From NCBI RefSeq assembly GCF_018977255.1, contig NW_024704759.1, forward strand, positions 8,246,001-8,310,000: a stretch of 64,000 nt of DNA, in the 5' to 3' direction. The position numbers and the translations under genes were made by a program. This document shows, piece by piece, positions 44,811 to 56,736 of this stretch (the first letter of the stretch is position 1; the number at the start of each line of letters is the position of its first letter). The notes beneath the pieces are model-generated. The model was not told the DNA's origin, ran no database searches, and saw nothing but the letters and a program-made list of their open reading frames with translations. Origin of the DNA: Callorhinchus milii (Eukaryota).

Positions 44811-47366
44811 CGGGGTCAAGTGTGTGAGTTGGAATCTGTCAATTGGGGAGCAGGTCCGGCTGAGGCCATGCAGCGGATGATCAATTGCGGGTGACAGCAT
44901 CCGGAATTGGAAAATGCTGATATTGGTCAGGTTTCGGTTTCTGCACGTGCTTCATTGGTGAGACAAGCGTTATCGGCAGATCTTCATAATGCGTGGCCCC
45001 CAACTACAGGGGAAGGTTGGCAGAGGGCTATTCTTCAGATCCTGGAGACAGATCACCAAACCCTTTTAAATCATACAGGACGAATGAAACAGGGTCCCCA
45101 CAAAATACCCTCGGCTTTTGCAGCATGTTTGTCGCTTGGGATTGCGAAGCAGACGGAAGACACAAGAAGAGCTATCGTGCTACAGACCAGACAAGCGCAG
45201 CAAGCAGCGATTCCAGCAGCGCAGCCAGCAGCAGTGCAGGAAAACAATCCAACTGTCCCTCCTCAGCCCCAAGTGTTGATCCCCAATGTTCCTCCTCCAG
45301 CAATGGAGGACCCAGCTTTCAAAATAATGTTTTTAGAACAGCTAAACCCCAAACCAAAGTCGGCATCTGCTGCCACGGCGAATACAACTCTGCCGTGGGA
45401 TAGTATTTTAGAAGCGGGCTAGTACACGTTTGGGATTTGTCTGCTCGTGTTCGTACCTCCATGCCCCCTCCCACTCCGCGGCCGGAAGCCGCATTAGAAG
45501 GACCCTGGCCACTAGTGGGTATGGGGAGAGGAACAGGCCGGGGTAGATTATACTTGCGTGCGCACTCTCTCGCACACACTCTATCTCTATACTCCCCAAA
45601 ATTAGGGCCTGATATATTCTGATTTATGCAGGAAACCCTGGGCATTATGCCTCTGAATGTCGGTCCAGGAGACCAGGGGAACCACCAAACAGGGCAAAGA
45701 AATTTTACAGCCTCAAGCAGGAGGCAAGTCAATTGCAATAAACAAGGTCACCATATGTGGCAATGCAGACCACGGAGACGAAAGGGTCTACCCTCCAGAC
45801 AAGCTCCAAATAACAATAACTTGGGAACCAATGATAAAATTCGCTGGTTAAGACAGCAGATTGAGAGATTGGAGACTCTGTTGAATGTTGAAAGGATCAC
45901 AACACCCACAAAATGGAAAACCAGACAGCAAGAGGCAGACGAAAAATTAAAAGGGCACAAATTAGCAGCCTTGGTAGAGGAAAATACTGAAAAAGTGCAG
46001 ACGAACAAGGTTCACTGCAAGGTTTGAAAGACAAAACAGGACAAATTAATTCTATTGGTAGAAGAAGGGGTAAAGGGATAAACTCAAATCCAATAACAAA
46101 ACCAACAATACTGAGGGATTGTAAAGGTGAAACTAAGAGGCATACTGAAGAGTCAAACTTGAAAGAAAGATTGGGACAAATGGTACTTCTGAATTTGGAA
46201 GGTTATGAAAGGAGTTGAAAGCAATGAGACAACTGATTGGGCAGACAGAAGGAGAAATTACAGTATTAAAGTCATTATTTTGATTTATTTTGTGTAACCT
46301 TTATTTTGTCTGTTCCAGTAGTTCAGCAATAATCAAAGCCTGCGGGCAAGGATTGAGTGAACACCCGCTGAAATAATATTCAAAATTTCCGGGGCCTTAC
46401 TGTTTATGTTTACATTACTCATGATATTATTGATGATCAGGCTCAGTAATTACACATGCTAAAATGAGTTGAAAGGATTGATGTGGTGGCTAAGGTAAAA
46501 GAGAATCGTGAAGATTCTGAGGATGATAGTGAGCCTGTGCTGTCATCTTGACCCACTCGAGGTAGGGATTGGGACAGTTAGCAATCACAGAATTCTGGTT
46601 TGTCTTAACTTGACCAAAGAAAATTGCTAAGACTCATCGACTTGCTTTGCTGAAATAAAACTAATTCTATGGGCTCCCAAGGACATTGATAATATCAGTA
46701 CCTTTAACCTGTCAAGGACAAAAGGTGCACACCAACCTTGAGGGAAATGTTTTTAACCTTACAATGAATGGAAAAAGAAGCAGACTTGGCGGTATATGAT
46801 TAAAAAGGTCTGAGTTTGAGAACGCAGAAACCGAGTCTTAACCGATCTTGAAAAAAAGAGATATTCTACAATCAACATGGATCAAACCACGTTAACAAGT
46901 CGATTCTTAATCAAAGCTGCTGTAGCAATCTGATCAATTAATTGCACTGAACTTTATTACTCATGTCTTATGCCTTTGTCATTGCCCCGGCTGTTGTTTT
47001 GATCGGTATGATTTTTTGTGATATCTCCGTCTTTTACTGAAGAGAACTTGCTTGCAATCTGACCATTTAGTTAGCTAGCTTAATAAATCATACATAAATG
47101 AGATTGAAAATCTTATTTTCTCACTCTCAAGGTAAAGACTGTAAGATTATGGTCAAAATCATTGTTTGATACCCAGGGTGTGTGTAAAGACTGGGAGCAG
47201 TAGTTGGGCATTGTCGTAGAGAGTCAGCGCACTTCCCAGTGGAATCAATATGATTCTACTGTATCTATGGTCTCAGTTTTAACAATAAGTGAAGCTATTT
47301 GTACTAGTTTATAAAGCTTGGATTATTACACAACCATGTTGTTCGTCTCTATCTGAATCTCTTACA
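44811..47366 (+). mobile_element. Decayed 5'-truncated retrovirus-like (ERV-like) LTR element
   Basis: Gag MHR-like QGPHKIPSAFAACL; NCNKQGHHMWQC knuckle; strong splice acceptor at about 46318; TM-like segment 46951-47040; LTR TGTAAGA...TCTTACA at 47140-47366. Confidence 0.65.
47140..47366 (+). repeat. Putative 3' LTR (227 bp) with 7-bp terminal inverted repeats
   Basis: Begins TGTAAGA after tcaaggtaaagac (degenerate PPT position) and ends TCTTACA. Confidence 0.6.
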
Positions 47367-47589
47367 ACAGGTCTGAGTAACTTAAAAATGAGCCAATGGA
47401 TTCCCCCAGTGACCTGATGGGTAAATAATAATAATAATCCTTGCATTTGACATAGTGCCTTACCACGTCTTCGAGACATCTCAAAGCACTTCACAGAATA
47501 TCTGTAAAGTGAATTGACTGTATATTTTGTGGGTAAAGTCAGTCGTGAGTTCATCAATCGGCCATAGAGACAGGAATCAAATTGTGATT

Positions 47590-47795
47590 TGTACTGAAGT
47601 ATCTGATCTCAGCCATGATAAGCAATTGGGGCGTTGCAGTTAGCTTCAGGGCTCTTGGTTCAGGAAGAGAGAAATCAGCCAGTATTGTTGATTGTGGCTG
47701 GTGAGAACAGGAACCGGCTCAGCTGGTAAACAACCTGCTGACGCTCACCGTCAAGGCTCATACATGAATAATAGCCACTTGGGTGAAATACACCA
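47590..47795 (+). mobile_element. Ancient SINE resembling AmnSINE2
   Basis: ctgatctcagcc..gaaatcagcca..cctgctgacgctcaccgtcaaggctcatacatgaataatagccacttggg; related pieces at 11820-11985 (+), 16920-17070 (-) and 56035-56105 (+); family name from memory. Confidence 0.5.
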
Positions 47796-50700
47796 GGCTC
47801 CTGTGAAACCTTATCCAGGTACAAGAAAAAGGAATGAAAGACTCCGGGAGAGAGAGTTCCAGAGTGCTGGGGCAAGGTGAGACATTGAGCAGATCTCAAA
47901 TTGGCACATTGAGACCGCAAGAGATCCCATGGTAGGGTGGGAGAAGAAATGTTTTTAAAATAAATGTAAGGCTGTTCACAAATGGAACTCATCTTTTGTA
48001 AGTTGCTGGATAAACTTGTTCTGTGATAAGAGTCAAATTACATGTATTAGTCCCAGATCAGGCTGACCAAGAACACATTGACAATCACGAGCGGTAAACA
48101 TGTTCTATGCAGACATTACTAGGAAAGTCTATCAAAAAGGGGAAAAAGTGGACAAAACAGCAAGCAATGTACAGACATCAGTCTGCAGTGAGTACTGTTT
48201 GTGTACAAGCTGGAGGGATTTTCCAGAAGTCTTTGGACCCTAATGCAGGGTGGAATAATAAAACCGGTCTGAACACAATGACCTAATTTTCCTGTGCAGC
48301 CATGGTTACCCTAAGTTAATAAATAAAAGCAATCTGCTTTATTACTATGGCAAATAATATCTACAAAAAGTAAGAGATACTGTTCTATACTCCTTACAGA
48401 AAAAAAACAGCTTCATTCCCCAGTGTCGTGGTTGTTTTCGGGCTTTATACAATAAACAAGCTGACTGGTTATATTTAGTAAGAGAAACGCCTGCAGTACG
48501 TTCATCCTTCAGTCCATTATGTCTTTGATCATTTTTCTTTTCTAAAACTTACAAAGTTGTTGTAAGGGCTGCAATTGTTTCCTAGCGGTTTGAATGACAG
48601 CAAAAAAGAACCTCAAAGATAGTTGGTTTAAGCAGTACATTAAGAGCCAGGTATGAGTCAGTCTTTACAGGGGTGGGTGGTGGGGGGTGGAAAGGATGTG
48701 AAATTGTCGGTCTCGGAGAGTTCAGCATCCCTCTCGTTGCTGCACTTTGTGTTGAGGTCACACATAGACATGGTCATGTCTCCAATGACAACGTCACATT
48801 GCGTGCTTGTAAAATGAACTGCATATATAAAGAAATGTTTGATTTCTCTCTTTCTCCCAAATAACGTCAGACAATTTTACAGGGGAAAATAAACCCTTGG
48901 GCTCTCACCTGATACAAAGAGTATCTTTCTGAAATATAATACACATGCTCTTATTCAGTAATAAATACTGTCGTACCAAAATGCACACAGAGTATTATCT
49001 CTGTAATGCTATCTCTTTGACAGACAAGTGATCCATTACAATCCTAGTTGAGTGCTACAATCTTGTAAAACAGCCCTTATTATTGTATATGTATCATGCA
49101 ACTGCATGAGGCAACTCAACAGAAAAAATGGAAATTGTTAAAGAACTTGCAATGCATTACTATGTATTACAGGGGGATATTACAACAACAACAACAAAAT
49201 TACATTTGTCTAGCGCCTTTCACGTCGGAAGGACGTCCCAAGGCGCTGGACAGACAGAGTTTCGGACTCGAGCTGGGAGTTATAATAATAATAATCGGGG
49301 AGGGTGGAGGGCAGTGGTGAATCAGGGAGATCGAAAGCGCAGTCGAGGGTCTTGAAGAAGGCAAGGGAGGGGGCGAGGCGGAGGTTTCGTTTATTACAAA
49401 ACAGGTTTTGTTTATTTGTGTATTACAAAAAGGGAATTCTGGTAATGTGCAACAGTATCGGGCAACTCAGAAAAATGCATCATTTGCTTAAGGTTTGTTT
49501 TAACAGAGTCAAAATTATGACACCCCCACCGCATGTATCTTAGTAATGCATTCTAGTGCATCTGATCAGCCCTATATCCGGTTAGCTCAATTGGTACCAT
49601 TCTCACCTTTAGTTAGAAGGTTTGTATACGTTACACCTGGTTTCCAATCATTCTTTGAATTTTTTAATATAAAATTGCCATCCTTTGTGTAATCAAGTGA
49701 TCATACTGTTAGCTTGTGCACATGGCAATAAGTACGGTACGCGGATTAAACATGGAAGTGTAGTTTTTTTTAAAATCAGGCTTGTGGGGCCCATTTATTG
49801 CTGATTCTACCACAATCAACAAGAGCTACAGCAATTGTGCTATGTTTTTGCTTCACACTCTTGCCACTCAGTTTCATTGCCACGGGAAATTATACGTTAA
49901 TTTTTAAAAAGATATTTCTCTCAAACCTGATGGAGAAAATTAAATCAGCAGTGCCTATGTGTGGTTTTGAATTATAACATGCGCAGGGGTATTTCCTGTT
50001 TAAAAATGCTGAACTGTTTCGGGACTTTTTCCACTCTGCAGTGCTTTAACATCAGCAATTATTAAAAACAGCTTCCTCAACAAATTACTTCCCCTACAAA
50101 AAAAAATTAGCTTTAATTTTTTTTTCACACAGGGAATTCTGTCCATGTCTATTTTTAAAAGAATGCTGACTTTTGATTACATTATCGGGGGGACTTGATT
50201 TTTTCCTCCATCTTCCCCTTTTTGTCTTCAGGTGGTGAGCAATGGGGAAAACTGGCTTATGGGAATGTCAGTGAGCATCAAAGAATCTTTCAACCAACAC
50301 TTGTATGTAAATGATTAACAAAAAAACAACTGATCAGTATATGGAGATGTGTATCTCTGACAGCATTTGCAGGTTGGATTTGAGAGCACATGTGGAGACT
50401 TTATCCTTCACTCCTGGACAAATAATTTACTTGATATTTTGGATTTTAAGTCACAATTATTAGTCAAATGATCATCGTAACTATGGTTCTCTTCTACCAT
50501 TTATATTACAGAAAGGAACAAAACATAAATAATCCTAACATTTCCCACAGAGCTTATGAAAAGCTTTGAAACGTTTCAAAGTACATCAGAAGCAACTGTG
50601 GTTTATTGTAGTGTATTTGAAGGGAAACATAGTGGGTCCCACGAGCAACTGTGAAACAAATGATTAATTTATTTGAACCAGAAGTGCGAGTGCTACCAAT

Positions 50701-52481
50701 TGAACCAGGCTGATATGAGATGTTTTGAGCTGGCTACAGGAAGGAGCTGGATGTTCAGGGTGAGCACTGATGGTCCAGCACCTTGGGACGTCCTCCCGAC
50801 GTGAAAGATGCTATACAAATGCAATTTTGTTTTATTGTTTTTGTTATTGTTCCATGCGCTGTTTCTCCCTCACCTCCCAGTTTGGTACCATAACTAATCC
50901 CACCCAGGCCATGAATATTGTCCGGTTGAGGTGACTTGTTCTTGTAACCTATTCACTGGTCTGCTCGTAGGTACCCGTCAATCACCAGAGGAGCTCTAGT
51001 AAAAGTTGCCCCAATGCTCAATGGGGGATTAAGAATGCATACTTGAAACATTGCCAAAGTGATGATGGTCCTCTGAACATAGGCAAACCCTTGCCCCACC
51101 CACTTCAGGTAAGGCCCTTCACACCTGCCCTCGGCGCAGGGCAAAACACAACACCTTACATTTCAGCAACTTGCGCAAGCCGGAGACACAGCTCCAAACC
51201 TTTCTTCTCTCCTCATAACAGGACCTCAGCTAATTCAAGGTTCTTGTGGGAGGCATTCAGCCTTTTTTTTAAGATTTTATTTGTCAGTAAGCGATTGCAG
51301 TGGACAAGCAGCCCAGTCTCAGATGCAAAGCAAAACACAGCTGCATCTTTTTTTTCCAACGAGCCTAACATGTCTCAGTTCATTTAACAGGTTACAGTGA
51401 TGTGTGTGCGTGTGTGTGTGTGCGTGCGCGTGTGTGCGGGTGGGTGGGTGGGTGGGGCTGATCCGGTCAAATTGAATCATTAATGTAAAAATATATAGAA
51501 GTTAGTTTCACTTCCATCCAAAGTGGATGTTAGCTGAAATGTGGAGGTGTTCCATTTAAAGGCTACTTCCTATGTGAACAATAAGTGTAATTTTTGCCCA
51601 GCTTGTCAATATTCCGGCAAAAGACTGAATGGTAAGGGATTTTTTTGGTGAGTGAGGTAGTCATCACTCAACCCCCCACTAAGCTGAATTAGACTGAATC
51701 CTGTTTCTCAAATGGAACCTAAATGTCCCCCAAACAACCATTTCCCCCTCCGCCCCCCAAATCTGGGCCCCAGATGACGTGGACCTCATTCCTTACTCAC
51801 AACTACTTGAGCAAGTCAAGTGACAGGATCGCTTCTCTGACCCGGTCAACTTGGCCTGAGCCCGGTGACCAAGGGCTCAAGGCAGATAGATGTGTGTTCC
51901 TGTTTCTCCGCTCCTCTTTGTGAGGGCGGATCAAACTCCTCAGATCAGGTCTCCACCCTCTTGATCCCAGCCGACAGAAGCTCTACCCCCCCACACCACA
52001 CACACATAAATCAAGGGGGTTCAGGTCATGCTGTCCCTACATAATTGCGCCTCAAAAGGTGAGCACTGCCAGGCGCACCGGCCAAAAAATAACTGGTAAG
52101 AACAAAAACATGTATGCGGTGAGCAAGATTGGGGCACCCACTCACCCCTCTAAACCGAATTAGACCGAATCACGTTCCTGAAAAGGGAGAGTTGTTTCCC
52201 ATTGCATTTGCCCTCCCCACCCCCCCTCACCTCCCCCACTCCACTCCCAACCACACACAAAAGCTGGGTGCCAAATCGACAAAGGAAGACACGGATCTGA
52301 TTGCTTTCTTCACGACCACCCGAGCAAATCAGGTAACAAGGATGGCCGCTGCGGTCCGGGGCAAACCCTGGCCTGGTCCTATTGACCCAACCCTGGAGCT
52401 GTGGTAAACCTGTCCACATCCCACCCATAAAGGGGGGCGGTGGGGGGGAATGGCTGAGAGAGGGATGTTGGGCGAACAGCG

Positions 52482-52522
52482 GGAACTTTACCGCACTTGA
52501 TCTCAGCCAAAAGGCCCGGAAG
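52482..52522 (-). pseudogene. U2 snRNA 5'-end fragment
   Basis: Minus strand CTTCCGGGCCTTTTGGCTGAGATCAAGTGCGGTA versus U2 CTTCTCGGCCTTTTGGCTAAGATCAAGTGTAGTA. Confidence 0.7.
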
Positions 52523-53187
52523 GAAAGCGCGCGCGTGTGTGTGTGTGTGTGTGTGTACACAGGTTCAGTTTGCGTCTATAAAACAGAAATAGGTCACCAA
52601 TCTCCTCCTCCTCCTCCTCCTCTCTGACATCACCATCAAAGAGACTCAGATCTTATGTCAAAGACTGTGTGTGTGTGCGTGTGTTTGCTTCTCACCCTCC
52701 AAACAGCACCCACCCACCCCACCCCCTCCCCACCCACCCCCACCCATACAATCTTACAACTCGACAAGGTGCGCATTCTTTTTGCTGGGGAGTGAGTGAG
52801 TGAGTGATGANNNNNNNNNNNNNNNNNNNNNNNNNNNNNNNNNNNNNNNNNNNNNNNNNNNNNNNNNNNNNNNNNNNNNNNNNNNNNNNNNNNNNNNNNN
52901 NNNNNNNNNNNNNNNNNNNNNNNNNNNNNNNNNNNNNNNNNNNNNNNNNNNNNNNNNNNNNAGGGTGGGAGGAGGAGGAGAGGAGGAGANNNNNNNNNNN
53001 NNNNNNNNNNNNNNNNNNNNNNNNNNNNNNNNNNNNNNNNNNNNNNNNNNNNNNNNNNNNNNNNNNNNNNNNNNNNNNNNNNNNNNNNNNNNNNNNNNNN
53101 NNNNNNNNNNNNNNNNNNNNNNNNNNNNNNNNNNNNNNNNNNNNNNNNNNNNNNNNNNNNNNNNNNNCTCTCCTTTTCATTCAAAAC

Positions 53188-53221
<34 letters not shown>

Positions 53222-53239
53222 CCCAACAAAAACAACAAC

Positions 53240-53290
53240 GCTTACACTTCCGGATCGTGGTCGGGGAGTGACTGTACTTCCTGGAATAAC
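53240..53290 (-). promoter_or_regulatory. GAS (TTCCTGGAA), ETS (CCGGAAGT) and splice donor: candidate ZNFX1 promoter / non-coding exon
   Basis: TTCCTGGAA at 53278-53286; ACTTCCGG at 53246-53253; AGT|GTAAGC donor at 53246/53245. Confidence 0.5.
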
Positions 53291-53350
53291 TTCACCCCCA
53301 AAAAAAAGAGCCAAGTGGAAAAAACGATGAATAATTCACGTTTTTTTTTC

Positions 53351-53384
<34 letters not shown>

Positions 53385-54530
53385 ACCCCTGTTTTTTTTT
53401 AAATGCTGTTTAAAACACACACAGAACACACCACCACCACCCAAACCCACCCACTGGATGTATCCATTTGGGGGCTTCGCTACACTGTCGCCCCCCTCCC
53501 ACCCCCCCCACACCCCCCCACACACACACACACCCCCCACACCCCCCGCGGTGGGTAACACTGTATCGCTTTGTTTTCTCGTTCCCTTCGTTTCCGATCT
53601 TCGTAACTTGCTACAAAGTTACATCACCGCCTGTGACCATCAGACACCACAGACACCACTCACACTCACTCACTCTCTCTCACACACTCACTCACTCACT
53701 CACACACTCACTCGCCCTCACACACGATACAATATTTTTGTTGGGAGGGGGAGGGTGGGGTGGAGAGGGTGGGTGGGTGGGGGGGGTGCAATTGTGGGGN
53801 NNNNNNNNNNNNNNNNNNNNNNNNNNNNNNNNNNNNNNNNNNNNNNNNNNNNNNNNNNNNNNNNNNNNNNNNNNNNNNNNNNNNNNNNNNNNNNNNNNNN
53901 NNNNNNNNNNNNNNNNNNNNNNNNNNNNNNNNNNNNNNNNNNNNNNNNNNNNNNNNNNNNNNNNNNNNNNNNNNNNNNNNNNNNNNNNNNNNNNNNNNNN
54001 NNNNNNNNNNNNNNNNNNNNNNNNNNNNNNNNNNNNNNNGTGTGATTGTGTGGGTGTTGGGGTGTGTGTGTGTGGGGGGGGTGTGATTGTGTGGGTGTTG
54101 GGGTGTGTGTGTGTGTGTGGGGGTGTGATTGTGTGTGTGTGGGGGGGTTGTGGGGGGTGGGGGGGGTTTGATTGGGGGAAGAAAAGGAATTACCTTATTA
54201 TTTCCGATCCTCTCAGTTCTGGTTCATAACCTCAACGTTGAAGTCCGGGGTTTTGATGCCAGAAATAATCCCAANNNNNNNNNNNNNNNNNNNNNNNNNN
54301 NNNNNNNNNNNNNNNNNNNNNNNNNNNNNNNNNNNNNNNNNNNNNNNNNNNNNNNNNNNNNNNNNNNNNNNNNNNNNNNNNNNNNNNNNNNNNNNNNNNN
54401 NNNNNNNNNNNNNNNNNNNNNNNNNNNAAAAGGAGTCCTTCCCGATTCTCTCAGAGCCACAAACAATGTCTGTTAACAGTCGGTGTCGTCAGTCAGTCCG
54501 TGTCTCGACTTCGCTCCGCTGTGCCGACAA

Positions 54531-54806
54531 TGTGTCTGTCTGTCTGTGTGTCTGTCTGATGTCTGTGTGTGTGTGTCTGTCTGTGTGTGTCTGTCTGTGT
54601 GTGTCTGTCTCTGTGTGTTTATGGGTGTGTCTGTATCTGTCTGTGTGTCTGTCTATCTGTGTGTCTGTCTGTGTGTGTGTGTCTGTCTATCTGTGTGTCT
54701 GTGTGGGTCTGTCTGTCTGTGTGGGTGTCTGTCTGTCTGTCTGTGTGTTTCTGTGTGTCTGTCTGTGTGTGTCTGTCTGTATCTGTCTGTGTGTGTCTGT
54801 CTATCT
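54531..54806. repeat. (GTCT/GT)n compound microsatellite
   Basis: Read directly. Confidence 0.95.
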
Positions 54807-55129
54807 NNNNNNNNNNNNNNNNNNNNNNNNNNNNNNNNNNNNNNNNNNNNNNNNNNNNNNNNNNNNNNNNNNNNNNNNNNNNNNNNNNNNNNNNNNNNNN
54901 NNNNNNNNNNNNNNNNNNNNNNNNNNNNNNNNNNNNNNNNNNNNNNNNNNNNNNNNNNNNNNNNNNNNNNNNNNNNNNNNNNNNNNNNNNNNNNNNNNNN
55001 NNNNNNNNNNNNNNNNNNNNNNNNNNNNNNNNNNNNNNNNNGAGTAGTTATGGTTTTGTGTGTGTGTGTGGGGTTGGGGGAGGGGGGTGTGGGGTGGGGT
55101 GGGTGTTGTCTAGACGGGAGGTGACAAAG

Positions 55130-55513
55130 GTGTGAATCATGTTCAAATCCATTTACTCTCTGGCACCTCCCTACGTCTCCAACCGCCGTTCTCCCCAATC
55201 CACCACCCGGCGCCTCCGCTCGACTGGCAGCAGCCTCCTGCTCGTCCCTCGCAACGTCCGCCCCACCATCGGAAGTCGCACTTTCAGACACTATGCCCCA
55301 AAACTCTGGAACACTCTCGGCCAATCCCTCCGCCTCGCTCCCTCTCTCCCCTCTTTCTAGTCCTGCCTGAAGACTTTCCTCTTCGACCTTGCTGATGGCC
55401 ACCTCCCCTACTTCTCCCCCCACCCCCGGCTCAGAGTCAGGCTCTGCCACTTGTTAAGCGCTCTGAGACGTTACCCTGCATGGAGGGCGCTATGTAAGTG
55501 CAAGTTGTTGTTG
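55130..55513 (+). mobile_element. L2 LINE 3' fragment
   Basis: FKSIYSLAPPY..RPTIGSRTFRHYAPKLWN; tail gcaagttgttgttg. Confidence 0.88.
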
Positions 55514-56703
55514 TATGAATGAGGATTTTGTTCCTTCTGATTGCCACAAAGGAGATTTATAGCAAAACCTGCCAAACCAGTTTGGTTGCAACTGTTGTTT
55601 CCTTAACAGTTGATGGAGGTGCATCCTCCCATCTGTGTGCTATTGCACGCACGGTTATAAACTTCAAAAGGAACTGCAGGAACTGTGAACAAAGCGGTGA
55701 GCTCATTACCAGCAGAAGGCTTAAGCAATAGTTATGCTGCTCTGACGGAATTATGCTGATATCGTCCCCCCCACCCCCCCAAACAGGCTACGGTTAACAT
55801 CTCATTAAGGTGAGTCGTAGACCCTGCAGAGTACTAGACTGATCACTTGCTCTACTATGCTCCTGCAGAGTGCCTAGTCCAAGCCCTCGATTTCATATTC
55901 CCAAGAGTATCATCAATGAAATAACTTGCTCTCATATTACGGTTTCTTAATGCGTCCACAGCTCTGTTGGCTCTTACGCACACAATGCAATCCTGGCATA
56001 AACAACTGCTACTCAATGCACACGGACCCAGAACCTGATGGGTTTAATTCTCAGTCTGTTGCTGAGTTAGCTGATGTAAGTCAGGGCAGGAGTAAGGATG
56101 CTATCAGATGTTTCAGCCCACAAAATATATAGTCAATTCGCCTTACAGTGTATCCTGTGAAGCACTTTGAGACGTCTCGAAGATGTGATAAAATGATAAA
56201 TCAAACGCAAAAATTATGATTATTATACTAAAACTGGGCCCAAATCTGTCAGGATTCCACTCTTCGGAACTGCTGGAAAAATACGGAGCTAAGGATAGTA
56301 AGGGATTTGGCTACAATACTTTCCTTCTCTTTCCCCTCCCAGCCCAACTCCCTCGTCGACTTACACAGTGCAGTTTACAGGCTCCTATGTGAAGAAGACA
56401 CTTGGTCAAAATGCTGATGAGAGGCTCCAGCCACAGAATTGTACTCGAGCCAGAGTCAGCACTTTTAGGGGAAGAAGGAAAAAAAAATCACTTCAAGCAG
56501 TTTGTAGTCCGCAAAGTGAAAACATCTGGACGATCACCGACCGGCAAGCACGCTCTTCCCAGGGTTTACTGCGGTCAAAACCCGTTACCTTGGAAATGGA
56601 AATGCAGCGCAGACATCTGCTTGCAATCTCCATTTACACTGTGTTGGCACCAAATACATATTGGAAAGAGAACTTTGTCTTAAAGTTAGGTGCATCTCTA
56701 TTC

Positions 56704-56736
<33 letters not shown>

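Larger units (their letters stand above)
52811..55041. other. Cluster of assembly N-gaps (more at about 59783-59807 and 61093-61261)
   Basis: Runs of n flanked by low-complexity GC-rich or microsatellite sequence. Confidence 0.99.

Noticed and set aside
52636-55450. ORFs spanning X runs
   Set aside because: Artefacts of N-gaps and microsatellites
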